Position numbers and translations under genes: made by a program. Of a DNA stretch of 64,000 nt, positions 51,348-61,215 are shown piece by piece; the first letter of the stretch is position 1, and each line of letters begins with the position of its first letter. Under the pieces are notes generated by a model that was not told where the DNA came from, searched no databases, and was given only the letters and a program-made list of their open reading frames with translations. Source of the stretch: Pseudomonadota bacterium (GTDB taxonomy: Bacteria > Pseudomonadota > Gammaproteobacteria > Acidiferrobacterales > Acidiferrobacteraceae). The DNA is taken from positions 1,512 to 65,511 of the forward strand of contig JAKAXT010000002.1 of assembly GCA_021816425.1 (NCBI GenBank), in the 5' to 3' direction.

Positions 51348-53130
51348 CCGCGTACAGGGGCACCCGCAGGAAGAAATGCGAGCCCCCGGCCTCGCGCGCC
51401 TCGTAACCGACCGTGCCGCCATGCTTCTCGGCGATGGCGCGCGCCACCCACAGACTGCGCGGCACCGCAAGCTCGCAGACCTGCATGTCGGGGCGCGGGT
51501 CGAACAGGCGGGCGCGGGCGTTGGGCGGCAAGGCCGCGCCGCAATCGCGGACCGAAACGACGCCGACCCCCATTTCCGTCGTGATGGCAATCTCCACGGT
51601 CGTATGCGCCGGGGCGAGATGGATGGCGTTTATCAGGAGATGGCTCAGGGCGCGCAGGAGCAGACCCCGATCCCCCTGGATCAGCGCCGCGCTCGAACAG
51701 GGATCGAGGGCGAGGCGCACGTTCCGCGCCTGCGCGTAATCGGCATCGGCCGAAACGGCATCCTCGGCCAGGCGCACCAGCGCAAGCGGCGCCGGCGCCC
51801 ATTTCATCGTGGCGGCATGATTGTTGTCGACATCGAGGAGTTCCGCGACCGTGCGCGCCAGGCGTTCCATGTTGCTGCGCGCGATCCGCAGGAGACGGAT
51901 ATCGTCGCCCGCGAGCTTGCTGGTCGCCGTTTCGGTCAGAAGCCCGAGCGACCCCAGCGCCGAGGTCAGGGGCGTCCTGATCTCGTGGCCCAAAGTGGCC
52001 ACCAGCTCACCCTTCAGCCGTTCGCTGCGGCGGCGGTCTGTGACGTCGCGGGTCACCGCCACGAAACTGCGTTGCGGGCCCACTGTCATGGCGCTCAAGC
52101 CGAGCTCCATGGGGAACACGGTGCCGTCGCGGCGCAGGCCATTGACCTCCAGTCCGTGCCCGGCGAACCTGACGCCCGCCCGCTCGATCTGGCTTTCGAG
52201 AAAACGGGTGTACTCGGCGCGCTCGGCCGCGGGCACGAGCTGCGAGAAGTGGGATCCCAGGATCTCCTCCTCGGTGTAGCCGAAGATCCGCAAGGCCTCG
52301 CGGTTCAACGACCGCAGGCAGCCGCCGTGATCGACCGTGACGATGCCCTCCTCGACATGCTCGAGCACCGCGCGGATATAGGCCTCCCGCTCCTTCAGTT
52401 CATCGGCGGTGCGGCTATGGAGGGCCACCTCGCGCCGCAGGTCCTCGTTCAATCGATGGATGGCGGTCTTCTCCGCCTCCAGATGCGCGATGAGGTCCCG
52501 GTTCTCGAAGCGCAGCCGCAGCGTGGCCGCGACCGCGCGTTCGACGCGCCGGGCCGTAAGGAGCATCACCCCCATGAACACGACCGCGACGAGACCCATG
52601 GCGTCATGGAAGCGGCCGCCCGAAAGAAAGAGGCGCAGGGCCAGGGGGCTCAATACGGGAATGACGAACAGGAGGGCGACGCGGAATATCGCCGAGAAGC
52701 TCACGACGGCACCCGCCGTCATGGCCGTCAGCATGAAAAACAGGAACACCTGCGGCAACAGGGCCTGCGGAAAGAGCCACACGGCCGCCGCGCCCCACGT
52801 CAGGCCCGCCGCGCCCGTGGCGATGGCGTAGTAACGGCCCCATGCGCCCGTGTCGAGGGCGTTCGGGGCCCTGCGGTAGGACCTGACCAGCCGGTAGCGC
52901 GCGAGCGTCACCACCAGCATGACCAGGAGCCAGGCCGCGATCCGCCGCTCTGGCACGGCGCGCCATTCCATGAACGCAAGAACGGCGGCGTTGATCGCGG
53001 TCACCAGGAGTCCGGGCGGCAGGTTGGCGTACAAGAGGCGCACCTGCTCCCTTCGGAGCTCGGCCGCCTCCGGGGGCGGCACCGGCGCCCCCGCTCCCTG
53101 CCCCTCCGCGCTCGTCTCTTCGAACGCCAC
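51325..53130 (-). CDS. Membrane PAS-domain sensor histidine kinase with degenerate ATPase domain
   Basis: 5-6 TM helices, PAS (NREALRIFGY...RRDG..FPMEL), HEIRTPL H-box. Confidence 0.88.
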   Translation of the reverse strand: MAFEETSAEGQGAGAPVPPPEAAELRREQVRLLYANLPPGLLVTAINAAVLAFMEWRAVPERRIAAWLLVMLVVTLARYRLVRSYRRAPNALDTGAWGRYYAIATGAAGLTWGAAAVWLFPQALLPQVFLFFMLTAMTAGAVVSFSAIFRVALLFVIPVLSPLALRLFLSGGRFHDAMGLVAVVFMGVMLLTARRVERAVAATLRLRFENRDLIAHLEAEKTAIHRLNEDLRREVALHSRTADELKEREAYIRAVLEHVEEGIVTVDHGGCLRSLNREALRIFGYTEEEILGSHFSQLVPAAERAEYTRFLESQIERAGVRFAGHGLEVNGLRRDGTVFPMELGLSAMTVGPQRSFVAVTRDVTDRRRSERLKGELVATLGHEIRTPLTSALGSLGLLTETATSKLAGDDIRLLRIARSNMERLARTVAELLDVDNNHAATMKWAPAPLALVRLAEDAVSADADYAQARNVRLALDPCSSAALIQGDRGLLLRALSHLLINAIHLAPAHTTVEIAITTEMGVGVVSVRDCGAALPPNARARLFDPRPDMQVCELAVPRSLWVARAIAEKHGGTVGYEAREAGGSHFFLRVPLYAARSAGRA

Positions 53131-53165
53131 GTCTACCCCCCTTGCGTCTTCTCCTTATGGATAGC

Positions 53166-53181
53166 TGCAAGGGTTATGCCA
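53166..53181 (-). promoter_or_regulatory. Sigma54 (-24/-12) promoter
   Basis: Minus-strand TGGCATAACCCTTGCA with GG-N10-GC spacing, 35 nt upstream of the kinase start. Confidence 0.7.
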
Positions 53182-53200
53182 TAGACCGGGGGTACGCTCC

Positions 53201-54412
53201 TTATCGGCGCAGCCGCGCCGCCGTCCGCAACCGCAGGGCGGTCAGGCGGATGAAGCCCGTGGCGTCGCTCTGGTTGTAGCGCCCGCCGTCGTCCTCGAAG
53301 GTGGCGATGGCCGGATCGAACAGCGAATCCGTGGACGATTCCCGCCCGACCACGGTCGCCTGCCCCTTGAAGAGCTTGACCCGCACCCGCCCGTTCACGG
53401 TTTCCTGTGACTTATCAATAAGTTCCTGAAGAAGCTTGCGTTCAGGACTCCACCAGTAACCGTTGTAGATCAAAGCCGCGTAGCGCGGCATCAGGTCATC
53501 TTTCAGGTGGGCGACCTCGCGGTCCAGGGTCAGCGACTCCATGGCGCGATGGGCGCGCAGCAGAATGGTGCCGCCCGGCGTCTCATAGCAGCCGCGCGAC
53601 TTGATGCCCACGTAGCGGTTCTCGACCAGGTCCAGGCGTCCGATGCCATGACGCCCGCCCGCCTCGTTCAGCGTGGCCAGGACCTGGGCCGGCGACAGGG
53701 GGATGCCGTCGATCGCCGTCACATCCCCGCGCGTATAGGTCAACTCGATCCACTGCGGCTCATCCGGGGCGTCCTCCGCAGCCCGGGTCCAGCGCCACAT
53801 CGACGCCTCCGGTTCCTGCCAGGGATCCTCGAGGAGGCCGCCTTCGTAGGAGATATGGAGCAGATTGGCGTCCATCGAATACGGTGAGGCGCCCTTGCGC
53901 TTGTGCTCGACGGCAATGCCGTGGCTCGCCGCATAGGCGAGCAGCCGCTCGCGCGAGTTCAGGTCCCATTCCCGCCACGGGGCGATCACGCGGATATCCG
54001 GGTTCAGGGCGAAATAACCGAGCTCGAAGCGCACCTGGTCATTCCCCTTGCCGGTGGCGCCATGCGAGACGGCATCGGCGCCGGTCTCGCGCGCGATCTC
54101 GATCTGGCGCTTGGCGATCAAGGGCCGCGCGATGGACGTCCCGAGCAGGTACTCCCCCTCGTAGAGGGCGTTGGCGCGAAACATCGGGAACACGAAATCG
54201 CGCGCGAACTCCTCCTTCAGGTCGTCGATATAGATCTCGCGCACCCCGGCCTTGCGGGCCTTCTCGCGCGCGGGCTCGAGTTCCTCGCCCTGGCCGATGT
54301 CGGCCGTGAAGGTCACGACCTCGCAGTCGTAGCGCTCGGTGAGCCACTTCAAGATCACCGAGGTGTCGAGCCCCCCGGAGTAGGCCAGCACCACCTTCTT
54401 TACGTCACTCAT
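53201..54412 (-). CDS. argG: Argininosuccinate synthase
   Basis: [38 protein letters not shown]. Confidence 0.97.
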   Translation of the reverse strand: MSDVKKVVLAYSGGLDTSVILKWLTERYDCEVVTFTADIGQGEELEPAREKARKAGVREIYIDDLKEEFARDFVFPMFRANALYEGEYLLGTSIARPLIAKRQIEIARETGADAVSHGATGKGNDQVRFELGYFALNPDIRVIAPWREWDLNSRERLLAYAASHGIAVEHKRKGASPYSMDANLLHISYEGGLLEDPWQEPEASMWRWTRAAEDAPDEPQWIELTYTRGDVTAIDGIPLSPAQVLATLNEAGGRHGIGRLDLVENRYVGIKSRGCYETPGGTILLRAHRAMESLTLDREVAHLKDDLMPRYAALIYNGYWWSPERKLLQELIDKSQETVNGRVRVKLFKGQATVVGRESSTDSLFDPAIATFEDDGGRYNQSDATGFIRLTALRLRTAARLRR

Positions 54413-54424
54413 ACGCAACCCCCC

Positions 54425-57400
54425 TCAACTCGTGGCGCGCGCCATTCGCCTCAGGCGCGCGAGCAACCGCCGGGCAAGATCCCCGAAGAGTTCCGTCTGC
54501 GTCGGATGCGGATGGATGGCCGAACCCACCTGTTCGAGGGTGAGCTCCGCGCTTACCATGAGCACCGCCGACCCGATCAGGGTATCGGCATGGTCGGCCA
54601 GGAAATGCACGCCGACGATGCGCTTCGTGGCGCGGTCCGCGACCATCTTCACGAAGCCCTCGGTCTCGCCCGTGATCATCGCCTTGGCGTCGATCGAAAA
54701 AGGCACCTTGATCTCGACCGGGTCATGGCCCCTGGCGCGCGCCTGTTCCGCGGACAGGCCGACGAAGGCCGCCTGCGGGCGCGTGAAAATGACGCCGCAG
54801 TCCTTGCGCTCATCGTACACCGCCTCGTGGCCGAGCAGGGTGTGGGCGGCCACCCGCCCCTGATGACCCGCCGTATGGGCGAGCATGTAGCCGCCCACCA
54901 CGTCGCCCACCGCGAAAATATGCGGGACGTTCGTCTGGCAGCGCTCATTGACGGTGATGACGCCGCGATCGGTGGCAACACCCGCGCGCGCAAGCGCCAG
55001 GGGCTCCGTGACCGGGCGCTTGCCGGTCGCAAGCAGAACGAAATCGGCCTGCGCCGAACGCACGTCGCCGCCCACCCCGTAGCGGACCGTGACCGCTCCC
55101 GGCGCGCCTTCGATGCCCTGCACCTGCGCCGACGTGACGACCGACAGGCGCGGCTCTTTGGCGAGCAGGGCGGCAAGCTGCGTCGCGACCTCGGTCTCCA
55201 CCTCGGGGAGCACCCGGTCGCGCGCCTCGAGCACCGTGACCTCGCATCCGAAGTCCGCGAATATCTGCGCCATCTCGAGCCCGATGGCGCCGGCGCCTAC
55301 GATCACGAGCCGCTTTGGCGGCGCCTCGAGGTTCCAGACCGTATCGGAGGTCAAGACCGCCTTGCCACCGGCCCCCGGAATGGGCGGCACGAAAGGCGGG
55401 GCGCCCGTGGCGACGACCGCGGCGGCGAAGGTGATGCGCTTGCCGGGAGCGCCCGCCTTCGACGCCCGCCGCTCGTAAGGATCCGCGCCGTCCACCGGCG
55501 CGACCACTACGCTATGGTCGGAGTCGAAATAAGCAAAACCCTCGCGCACGTCGATGCGCACGCCCTTGTCGGTCTTCAGGGCCATCTCGCCACGGGTCGT
55601 GAGCACGCGCCTGCGCATGGCATCGAGGCGCGGCCAGTCGAGCGCGGGCTTTGCGGTATTGGCCACCCCGAGATCCAGGTCGTGATGGCGATCGCGGATG
55701 CGGTCGGCCGCCGCGCGCCAGGCCTTCGACGGGATACAGCCGCGCCAGAGGCACTCGCCGCCGGGAAACGGGGCGTCGTTCACCATGATCACGCGCCGCC
55801 CGTGATCGGCCAGTTCGCGCGCGCAGTCCTCGCCGCCCGGGCCCCCGCCTATGACGAGCACGTCGCAGTCATAGCCGCTGGTGTCCGACGGCAAGGCGCC
55901 CGGGGCCGGCCGCCCGGCGCGGGCGGTGGCGGCCTCCGGGCCGCGTGACGCCGCCGCCGACGACGACCCGAACAGCCAGGCCGTGTCCTCGACCAGCGCC
56001 TTGAAGGTATTCAGGAACTTGGCGGCCTCCGCGCCGTTCACGATCCTATGATCGGCGGTCATGGTCACCGGCATGCCGTGCGGCTGGGTGCTTGCGATGG
56101 CGAAGATCGCGGAGGTTCCGGGTACCGGGATGGCATCGAATTGCGCCACGCCCAGCATGCCCATGTTGGAGATCGTGAATGTCGGGTTCGAGTACTCCTC
56201 GGGCTTCAGGCGCTTCAGGCGGGCGCGCGCCACGAGGTCCTTCCACTGGGCGTTCAGTTCGTCCACCGGACGGCGCAGGACGTTGCGCAGCACCGGCACG
56301 ACGAGCCCCATCCCCTCGGTCTCGACCGCGAGGCCCACGTCGATCTGCGTGCGTTCGACGATGCGATCCTCGTGCTGATAGACCGCGTTCACGCGCGGGT
56401 GACGCTCGATCGCCCGGGCGGCGGCGGCGGCCAGCAGCACGGTAAGCGACACCTTGAGGTCCTTCGCGGCGCGGGCGAGCCGCGCGGGATCGACATACAC
56501 CGTCACGCGGAACAGGGGCATGGACAGCGAGTACTCCATGTTCTGGCTGACCGCCTTTTCCATGCTGTCCATGGGGCGTCCGGCCCCCGGCACCTGAAAG
56601 ATCCGTTTGGCCTGGACGCGCGGCCCGCCGCCCGCACCGGCCACGTCCGCGCCCATGATGCGTCCCCCGGGGCCGGTCCCGACCAGGCTATTCATGTCGA
56701 TGCCGTGGGCGCCCGCGAGCTGTCGTGCGTAGGGGGTTGCGACCCCCTTGTGCGGGCGCGGCGCGGGCGTCGCGCCGTGCGGCATGGCCGGGGCCCGGGT
56801 CTTCGGCTGCGCGCTTCCCGACGGCACCGGCGCAAGCGCCGCGGCCGAAGGCTTGGCGGCCGCCGCCGGCGCGCTGGCCGACAGGGCGCCGTGCGTCACC
56901 TCTTTCGCGTCGGCGACCAGGAAGGCGATGGGCTGCCCCACCGGAACGACCTGCCCGACGTCGGCCTGCGGTCCGGACAGATAGCCCTCGCGGAACACCT
57001 CCACGTCCATGATGGCCTTGTCGGTCTCCACGGTCGCGACGATGGTGCCCCGCTTGATGAAATCGCCGACCGCCTTTTCCCAGGACACGAGGGTCCCCTC
57101 GGTCATGGTATCCGACAGCTGCGGCATCAGGATCGCCTGGCCCCGCGGCGCCTCGACGGCGGCGGGCGCGGCCGCCTCGGCCGCCTTCTCCGCGGCCACA
57201 CGAACATCGGTCACCGCGGTCGATTCGACGACGAGCGCCGCGATCGGGGTCCCGACCGGGATCGGCACGCCGGCCGCCGCGAGCGGCCCGGACAGATAGC
57301 CCTCGCGGAACACCTCGACGTCCATGATGGCCTTGTCGGTCTCCACGGTCGCAACGATGGTGCCGCGGCTTATGAAATCGCCGATCGCCTTTTCCCAGGA

Positions 57401-57466
57401 AACGATCGTGCCCTCCGACATCGTGTCCGAAAGCTGCGGCATCTTGATGAGAAACGGCTCAGCCAT
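54425..57466 (-). CDS. pdhC: Pyruvate dehydrogenase E2-E3 fusion (2 lipoyl domains, E3-binding domain, acetyltransferase, dihydrolipoamide dehydrogenase)
   Basis: Two ETDKA lipoyl motifs, ATPYARQLA, DHRIVNG, GGGPGG, GGECLWRGCIPSK and HPHPT in one frame. Confidence 0.93.
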   Translation of the reverse strand: MAEPFLIKMPQLSDTMSEGTIVSWEKAIGDFISRGTIVATVETDKAIMDVEVFREGYLSGPLAAAGVPIPVGTPIAALVVESTAVTDVRVAAEKAAEAAAPAAVEAPRGQAILMPQLSDTMTEGTLVSWEKAVGDFIKRGTIVATVETDKAIMDVEVFREGYLSGPQADVGQVVPVGQPIAFLVADAKEVTHGALSASAPAAAAKPSAAALAPVPSGSAQPKTRAPAMPHGATPAPRPHKGVATPYARQLAGAHGIDMNSLVGTGPGGRIMGADVAGAGGGPRVQAKRIFQVPGAGRPMDSMEKAVSQNMEYSLSMPLFRVTVYVDPARLARAAKDLKVSLTVLLAAAAARAIERHPRVNAVYQHEDRIVERTQIDVGLAVETEGMGLVVPVLRNVLRRPVDELNAQWKDLVARARLKRLKPEEYSNPTFTISNMGMLGVAQFDAIPVPGTSAIFAIASTQPHGMPVTMTADHRIVNGAEAAKFLNTFKALVEDTAWLFGSSSAAASRGPEAATARAGRPAPGALPSDTSGYDCDVLVIGGGPGGEDCARELADHGRRVIMVNDAPFPGGECLWRGCIPSKAWRAAADRIRDRHHDLDLGVANTAKPALDWPRLDAMRRRVLTTRGEMALKTDKGVRIDVREGFAYFDSDHSVVVAPVDGADPYERRASKAGAPGKRITFAAAVVATGAPPFVPPIPGAGGKAVLTSDTVWNLEAPPKRLVIVGAGAIGLEMAQIFADFGCEVTVLEARDRVLPEVETEVATQLAALLAKEPRLSVVTSAQVQGIEGAPGAVTVRYGVGGDVRSAQADFVLLATGKRPVTEPLALARAGVATDRGVITVNERCQTNVPHIFAVGDVVGGYMLAHTAGHQGRVAAHTLLGHEAVYDERKDCGVIFTRPQAAFVGLSAEQARARGHDPVEIKVPFSIDAKAMITGETEGFVKMVADRATKRIVGVHFLADHADTLIGSAVLMVSAELTLEQVGSAIHPHPTQTELFGDLARRLLARLRRMARATS
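56973..57442. repeat. Near-identical direct repeat encoding the two lipoyl domains (56973-57127 and 57288-57442)
   Basis: About 155-nt copies offset by 315 nt, sharing e.g. ACGTCCATGATGGCCTTGTCGGTCTCCACGGTCGC. Confidence 0.85.
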
Positions 57467-57507
57467 AGTGGCTTCCTATGCTAACAAAGAGGGTCGGGCC
57501 AGAGCCG

Positions 57508-58488
57508 TCAGACGCGGCCCAAAACCTTGAGTGCGGCGGCCAGCACGTCATCGGCGTTCGGGATCGCCGCCTTTTCCATCTGGCGGTTGTAGGGGACCGG
57601 GACATCGGCGGCATGCACGCGCACGGGCTGCGCATCGAGAGCGAAGAAGCACTCCTCGATGATGACCGATATGATCTCGGAGCCCACGCCGACGGTCGCC
57701 TCGTCCTCTTCGGCGATGACGACCTTGTGCGTCTTTTCCACCGAGCGCCGGATCGAGTCCCGGTCGATCGGGCGCAGGGCGCGCAGATCCAGGACCTCGG
57801 CCGATACGCCCATGGCGGCGAGCTTGTCGGCCGCGGCTAGGCAGAGATGCACGCTGTAATTGTAGCCGATCAGGGTGATGTCGGTCCCGCCGCGCACGAC
57901 CTCCGCGCCTTCGAGCGGACGGAAAGTCTCCTCGTCCGGGACCTCGCCACGCATGTTGTACATGCTCTCGTGCTCGATGATGATGACGGGATCGTTGCAC
58001 CGCACCGCCGATTTCAGCATGCCATAGGCGTCGAGCGGCCCCCGCGGGGTCACGACCCGCAGCCCCGGCGTGCTCATGAACATCCGCGCAAGCCGCGCCG
58101 AATGCTGGGCCGCCAGCTGATGCGCGGTACCGCCGGGGGTCCGCATCACGATCGGGCAGGATGCCCGGCCGCCCGACATGTAGCGGATCTTGGCCGCGGC
58201 GTTTATGAGCGTATCAAGCGCCAGCAACGCGAAGTTGATGGACATGATCTCGATGATGGGGCGCACGCCCGCCATGGAGGCGCCTATCCCGATGCCCGTA
58301 TACGAGTTCTCCGAGATGGGCGTATCGATGATCCGTGCGGCACCGTACTTTTGATAGAGCCCGGACGTCGCCTTGTACGTGCCACCCGCCACGCCGATGT
58401 CCTCGCCCATGGCGATCACCATGTGATCATGCGCGAGCTCCTCGTCGTGCGCGCGCCGTATGGCCTCCCAGTATGCGATCTCAGCCAT
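57508..58488 (-). CDS. pdhB: Pyruvate dehydrogenase E1 beta
   Basis: GEDIG, DTPISE, AAQHS, DLRALRPID. Confidence 0.93.
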   Translation of the reverse strand: MAEIAYWEAIRRAHDEELAHDHMVIAMGEDIGVAGGTYKATSGLYQKYGAARIIDTPISENSYTGIGIGASMAGVRPIIEIMSINFALLALDTLINAAAKIRYMSGGRASCPIVMRTPGGTAHQLAAQHSARLARMFMSTPGLRVVTPRGPLDAYGMLKSAVRCNDPVIIIEHESMYNMRGEVPDEETFRPLEGAEVVRGGTDITLIGYNYSVHLCLAAADKLAAMGVSAEVLDLRALRPIDRDSIRRSVEKTHKVVIAEEDEATVGVGSEIISVIIEECFFALDAQPVRVHAADVPVPYNRQMEKAAIPNADDVLAAALKVLGRV

Positions 58489-59494
58489 GTTGCTCCCCTT
58501 GCGTGAGCGGACCGATCCAGCGCGGATCCGGCTTGTCATCCAAGCAATACTTGTTCAAATCTTCCACGCGCGGCTCCGGGCTCTCCTCGGCGAAACGTAT
58601 GATGTCGTTTTCGATCTCCTCGAGCACCGACTTCTCCATGGCGGCGATATCCTTATCGGTCAGGATCTTCGCCTTTTTCAGGCGCTCGCCGTAGATCTTG
58701 AGCGGATCGCGCTCCAGCCACAGCCGCTCCTCTTCCTTCGAGCGGTAGGCATTCGAATCCGACATCGAATGGCCCCTCTGGCGGTAAGTCATGAATTCTA
58801 TGAAGTACGGGCCCTTGCCGCCGCGCACGTGGGCGATGGCGTTGGTGGCCGCGGCCATGACGACGTCGATGTCCTGGCCGTCGTGCTGACTGCTCGGGAT
58901 ATCATAGGCGGCAACCCGCTTATACTGGTCGGTAACCGCCGTCGAGCGGTCGATGCGGGTGCCGATGGCGTACAGATTGTTCTCGCAGACGAAGAGCACC
59001 GGCAGCTTCCAGACCGACGCCATGTTCATCGTCTCGTGGAAGGTGCCCTGATTGTTCGCGCCGTCGCCCAAAAAGCAGATCGCGATCTGATCGGTGCCCT
59101 TATGCTTGCACGCAAGCGCGAGCCCCGCCGCCAGCGGGAACGGCTGGCCCACGAGGGCGTAGCCGCCCATGAAATTCACCGTTGGATCGAAGATATGCAT
59201 CGACCCGCCGCGTCCGCGGCTCGACCCCGTCTCCTTGCCATACAGTTCGGCCATGACCTCGCGCGGCGGGGCGCCGGCCTTGATGGCGTGGATATGGTCG
59301 CGGTAGCCCGTGATGACGTAGTCGTGGCCGCAGCGCGCCATCTCCAGCACCCCCGTGGCCACCGCCTCCTGCCCGGAATAGAGGTGCAGGAAGCCGCCGA
59401 TCTTGCGCTCCATATAGGCCTCGAACGAGCGTTCCTCGAACCGGCGGTAAAAAATCATCTCGCGCAACAGGCGCTTCTGATCGCTTGCGTTCAT
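58481..59494 (-). CDS. pdhA: Pyruvate dehydrogenase E1 alpha
   Basis: GFLHLYSGQEA, YRDH, GDGA...ENN TPP motif, TYRQRGHSMSD. Confidence 0.95.
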   Translation of the reverse strand: MNASDQKRLLREMIFYRRFEERSFEAYMERKIGGFLHLYSGQEAVATGVLEMARCGHDYVITGYRDHIHAIKAGAPPREVMAELYGKETGSSRGRGGSMHIFDPTVNFMGGYALVGQPFPLAAGLALACKHKGTDQIAICFLGDGANNQGTFHETMNMASVWKLPVLFVCENNLYAIGTRIDRSTAVTDQYKRVAAYDIPSSQHDGQDIDVVMAAATNAIAHVRGGKGPYFIEFMTYRQRGHSMSDSNAYRSKEEERLWLERDPLKIYGERLKKAKILTDKDIAAMEKSVLEEIENDIIRFAEESPEPRVEDLNKYCLDDKPDPRWIGPLTQGEQHG

Positions 59495-59610
59495 TTCGTT
59501 CCTGTTCGTTTGGATGGGGCTTGCCTGAGCCCCAGGCACAGATGACCCGTGCGCCAGGCCCGAGCGCGGGGGTATGATCGGGGTTTTGTGACGAGAGGTC
59601 AAGGTAAGGC

Positions 59611-61074
59611 ATGACGACATTCATGGCGCCGCGCGTACGCTACAAGAAAACCGCCAGTTTCGCGACCGGCCTTTCGGGCTATCAGCACATCGCCCTCATC
59701 GTGGGCGGACCGGCCGATCTCGCCCACGCCCCGTTCGGCGCCGTCCTCCGGAAACGCATGAAGGCGCAGGCGGTCACGGCAAAGCCCGGGACGAGCTTCC
59801 TCACCGAGGCGCCGGATGAAGCCGGCACGGCCCTTGCCGTGGGGTTCGCCGACGAGACCCTGAGCCCTTTCGCGCGCCTCGAGCTGGCCCGCAGCCTCAC
59901 GAGATTCCGGCCGGGGGTCGCGAAGGTCGCCCTGCTCGCCCCGGGACTCGAGGGCCGGGCGCAACAGGAGGCCCTGCGCGCCCTGGTGCGCTCCGTCTAC
60001 GCCCAGGCGCCGCTGCCGTCGTGGCAGGCGGGGCGGGCCCACGCCGTGCCGGCCTCGGTCGACGTCTACGGCGCCGACAACGACGACGCGGCCCTGCGCG
60101 CGAGCGCCCTCGGCAACCATCTGGCGCGCGCCCTGTCGGTGCTCCCGGGAAACGAGCTTGGGCCCGCGCAGTACGTGAAGCGGGTCCGGAAACTGGCCAC
60201 CGAGAACGGCTGGCGCCTGCGCTTCTTGGACGAAAAGCGGCTCGCCGCGCTCGGGGCCGGCGCCTTTCTGGCGGTGACGCGCACGCGCGCGGTGGGGTCG
60301 GGCATCGTGCATCTGCGCTATACCCCGCGCAAGGCCTCGAAACCTCCCGTGGCCCTGGTCGGCAAGGGGATCTGCTTCGATACGGGGGGCGTCAACCTGA
60401 AGCCCGCGCGCCATATGTATGGGATGCACGAGGACATGGCGGGGAGCGCGGTGGCCCTCGGCACGCTCTCGGCGCTTGCGCGCCTTCGGGTCCCCTTCCG
60501 GGTGGACTGCTACCTCGCGATCGCCGAGAACGCCATCGGTCCGTCGAGCTATCGGCCCAACGAGGTCGTCCGCGCCGCCGATGGCACGACCATCGAGGTC
60601 GTACATACGGATGCCGAGGGGCGCATGGTGCTGGCCGACACCCTGGTGCTCGCCTCCCGCGAGCGCCCCGGCCTCATCATCGACTATGCGACCCTCACGG
60701 GCGCGTGCGTCTACGCCCTCGGGACCCGCATGACGGGCGTCTTCACGAACCGCCCGGCGCTTATCCCACACCTCATCGAGGCCGGCCGCGCAAGCGGCGA
60801 GCGGGTATGGCCCTTCCCGCTCGAGGACGATTACAGCGCCGATCTGAAAAGCGACATCGCCGACATCAAGCAGTGCACGCTCGAAGGCGAGGCGGACCAC
60901 ATCCTGGCGGCGCTCTTCCTGAAGCGCTTCATCGCCCACGACCCGACCTGGATCCACCTGGACCTCTCGGCGGCGCGCCACAAGGGAGGGCTCGGCGCGA
61001 TTGCCACGGACATCACGGGTTTTGGCGTCGATTTCACCCTGGCCCTGCTCGCCGATCCCGCCTTCACGTGGTAG
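59611..61074 (+). CDS. Leucyl aminopeptidase family (M17)
   Basis: GKGICFDTGG, DMAG, HTDAEGRMVLAD, ATLTGA. Confidence 0.92.
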   Translation: MTTFMAPRVRYKKTASFATGLSGYQHIALIVGGPADLAHAPFGAVLRKRMKAQAVTAKPGTSFLTEAPDEAGTALAVGFADETLSPFARLELARSLTRFRPGVAKVALLAPGLEGRAQQEALRALVRSVYAQAPLPSWQAGRAHAVPASVDVYGADNDDAALRASALGNHLARALSVLPGNELGPAQYVKRVRKLATENGWRLRFLDEKRLAALGAGAFLAVTRTRAVGSGIVHLRYTPRKASKPPVALVGKGICFDTGGVNLKPARHMYGMHEDMAGSAVALGTLSALARLRVPFRVDCYLAIAENAIGPSSYRPNEVVRAADGTTIEVVHTDAEGRMVLADTLVLASRERPGLIIDYATLTGACVYALGTRMTGVFTNRPALIPHLIEAGRASGERVWPFPLEDDYSADLKSDIADIKQCTLEGEADHILAALFLKRFIAHDPTWIHLDLSAARHKGGLGAIATDITGFGVDFTLALLADPAFTW

Positions 61075-61173
61075 GCCCGCGGTCCGGACTGGATTTTAGG
61101 GAGCCGGGGCGGTAACATTCGCCCTTTGATCGGACTGCCTGATGCCGCAGGCGGCCGCGATCCTTAAATCGTT

Positions 61174-61206
61174 AAGCGCCCCTCCCTATGGGGCGCTTTA
61201 TATTTT
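61174..61206 (+). promoter_or_regulatory. Terminator-like hairpin in the argD leader
   Basis: AAGCGCCCC-7 nt-GGGGCGCTT followed by TATATTTT, ending 9 nt before the argD ATG. Confidence 0.55.
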
Positions 61207-61215
61207 GGGGGCGCG

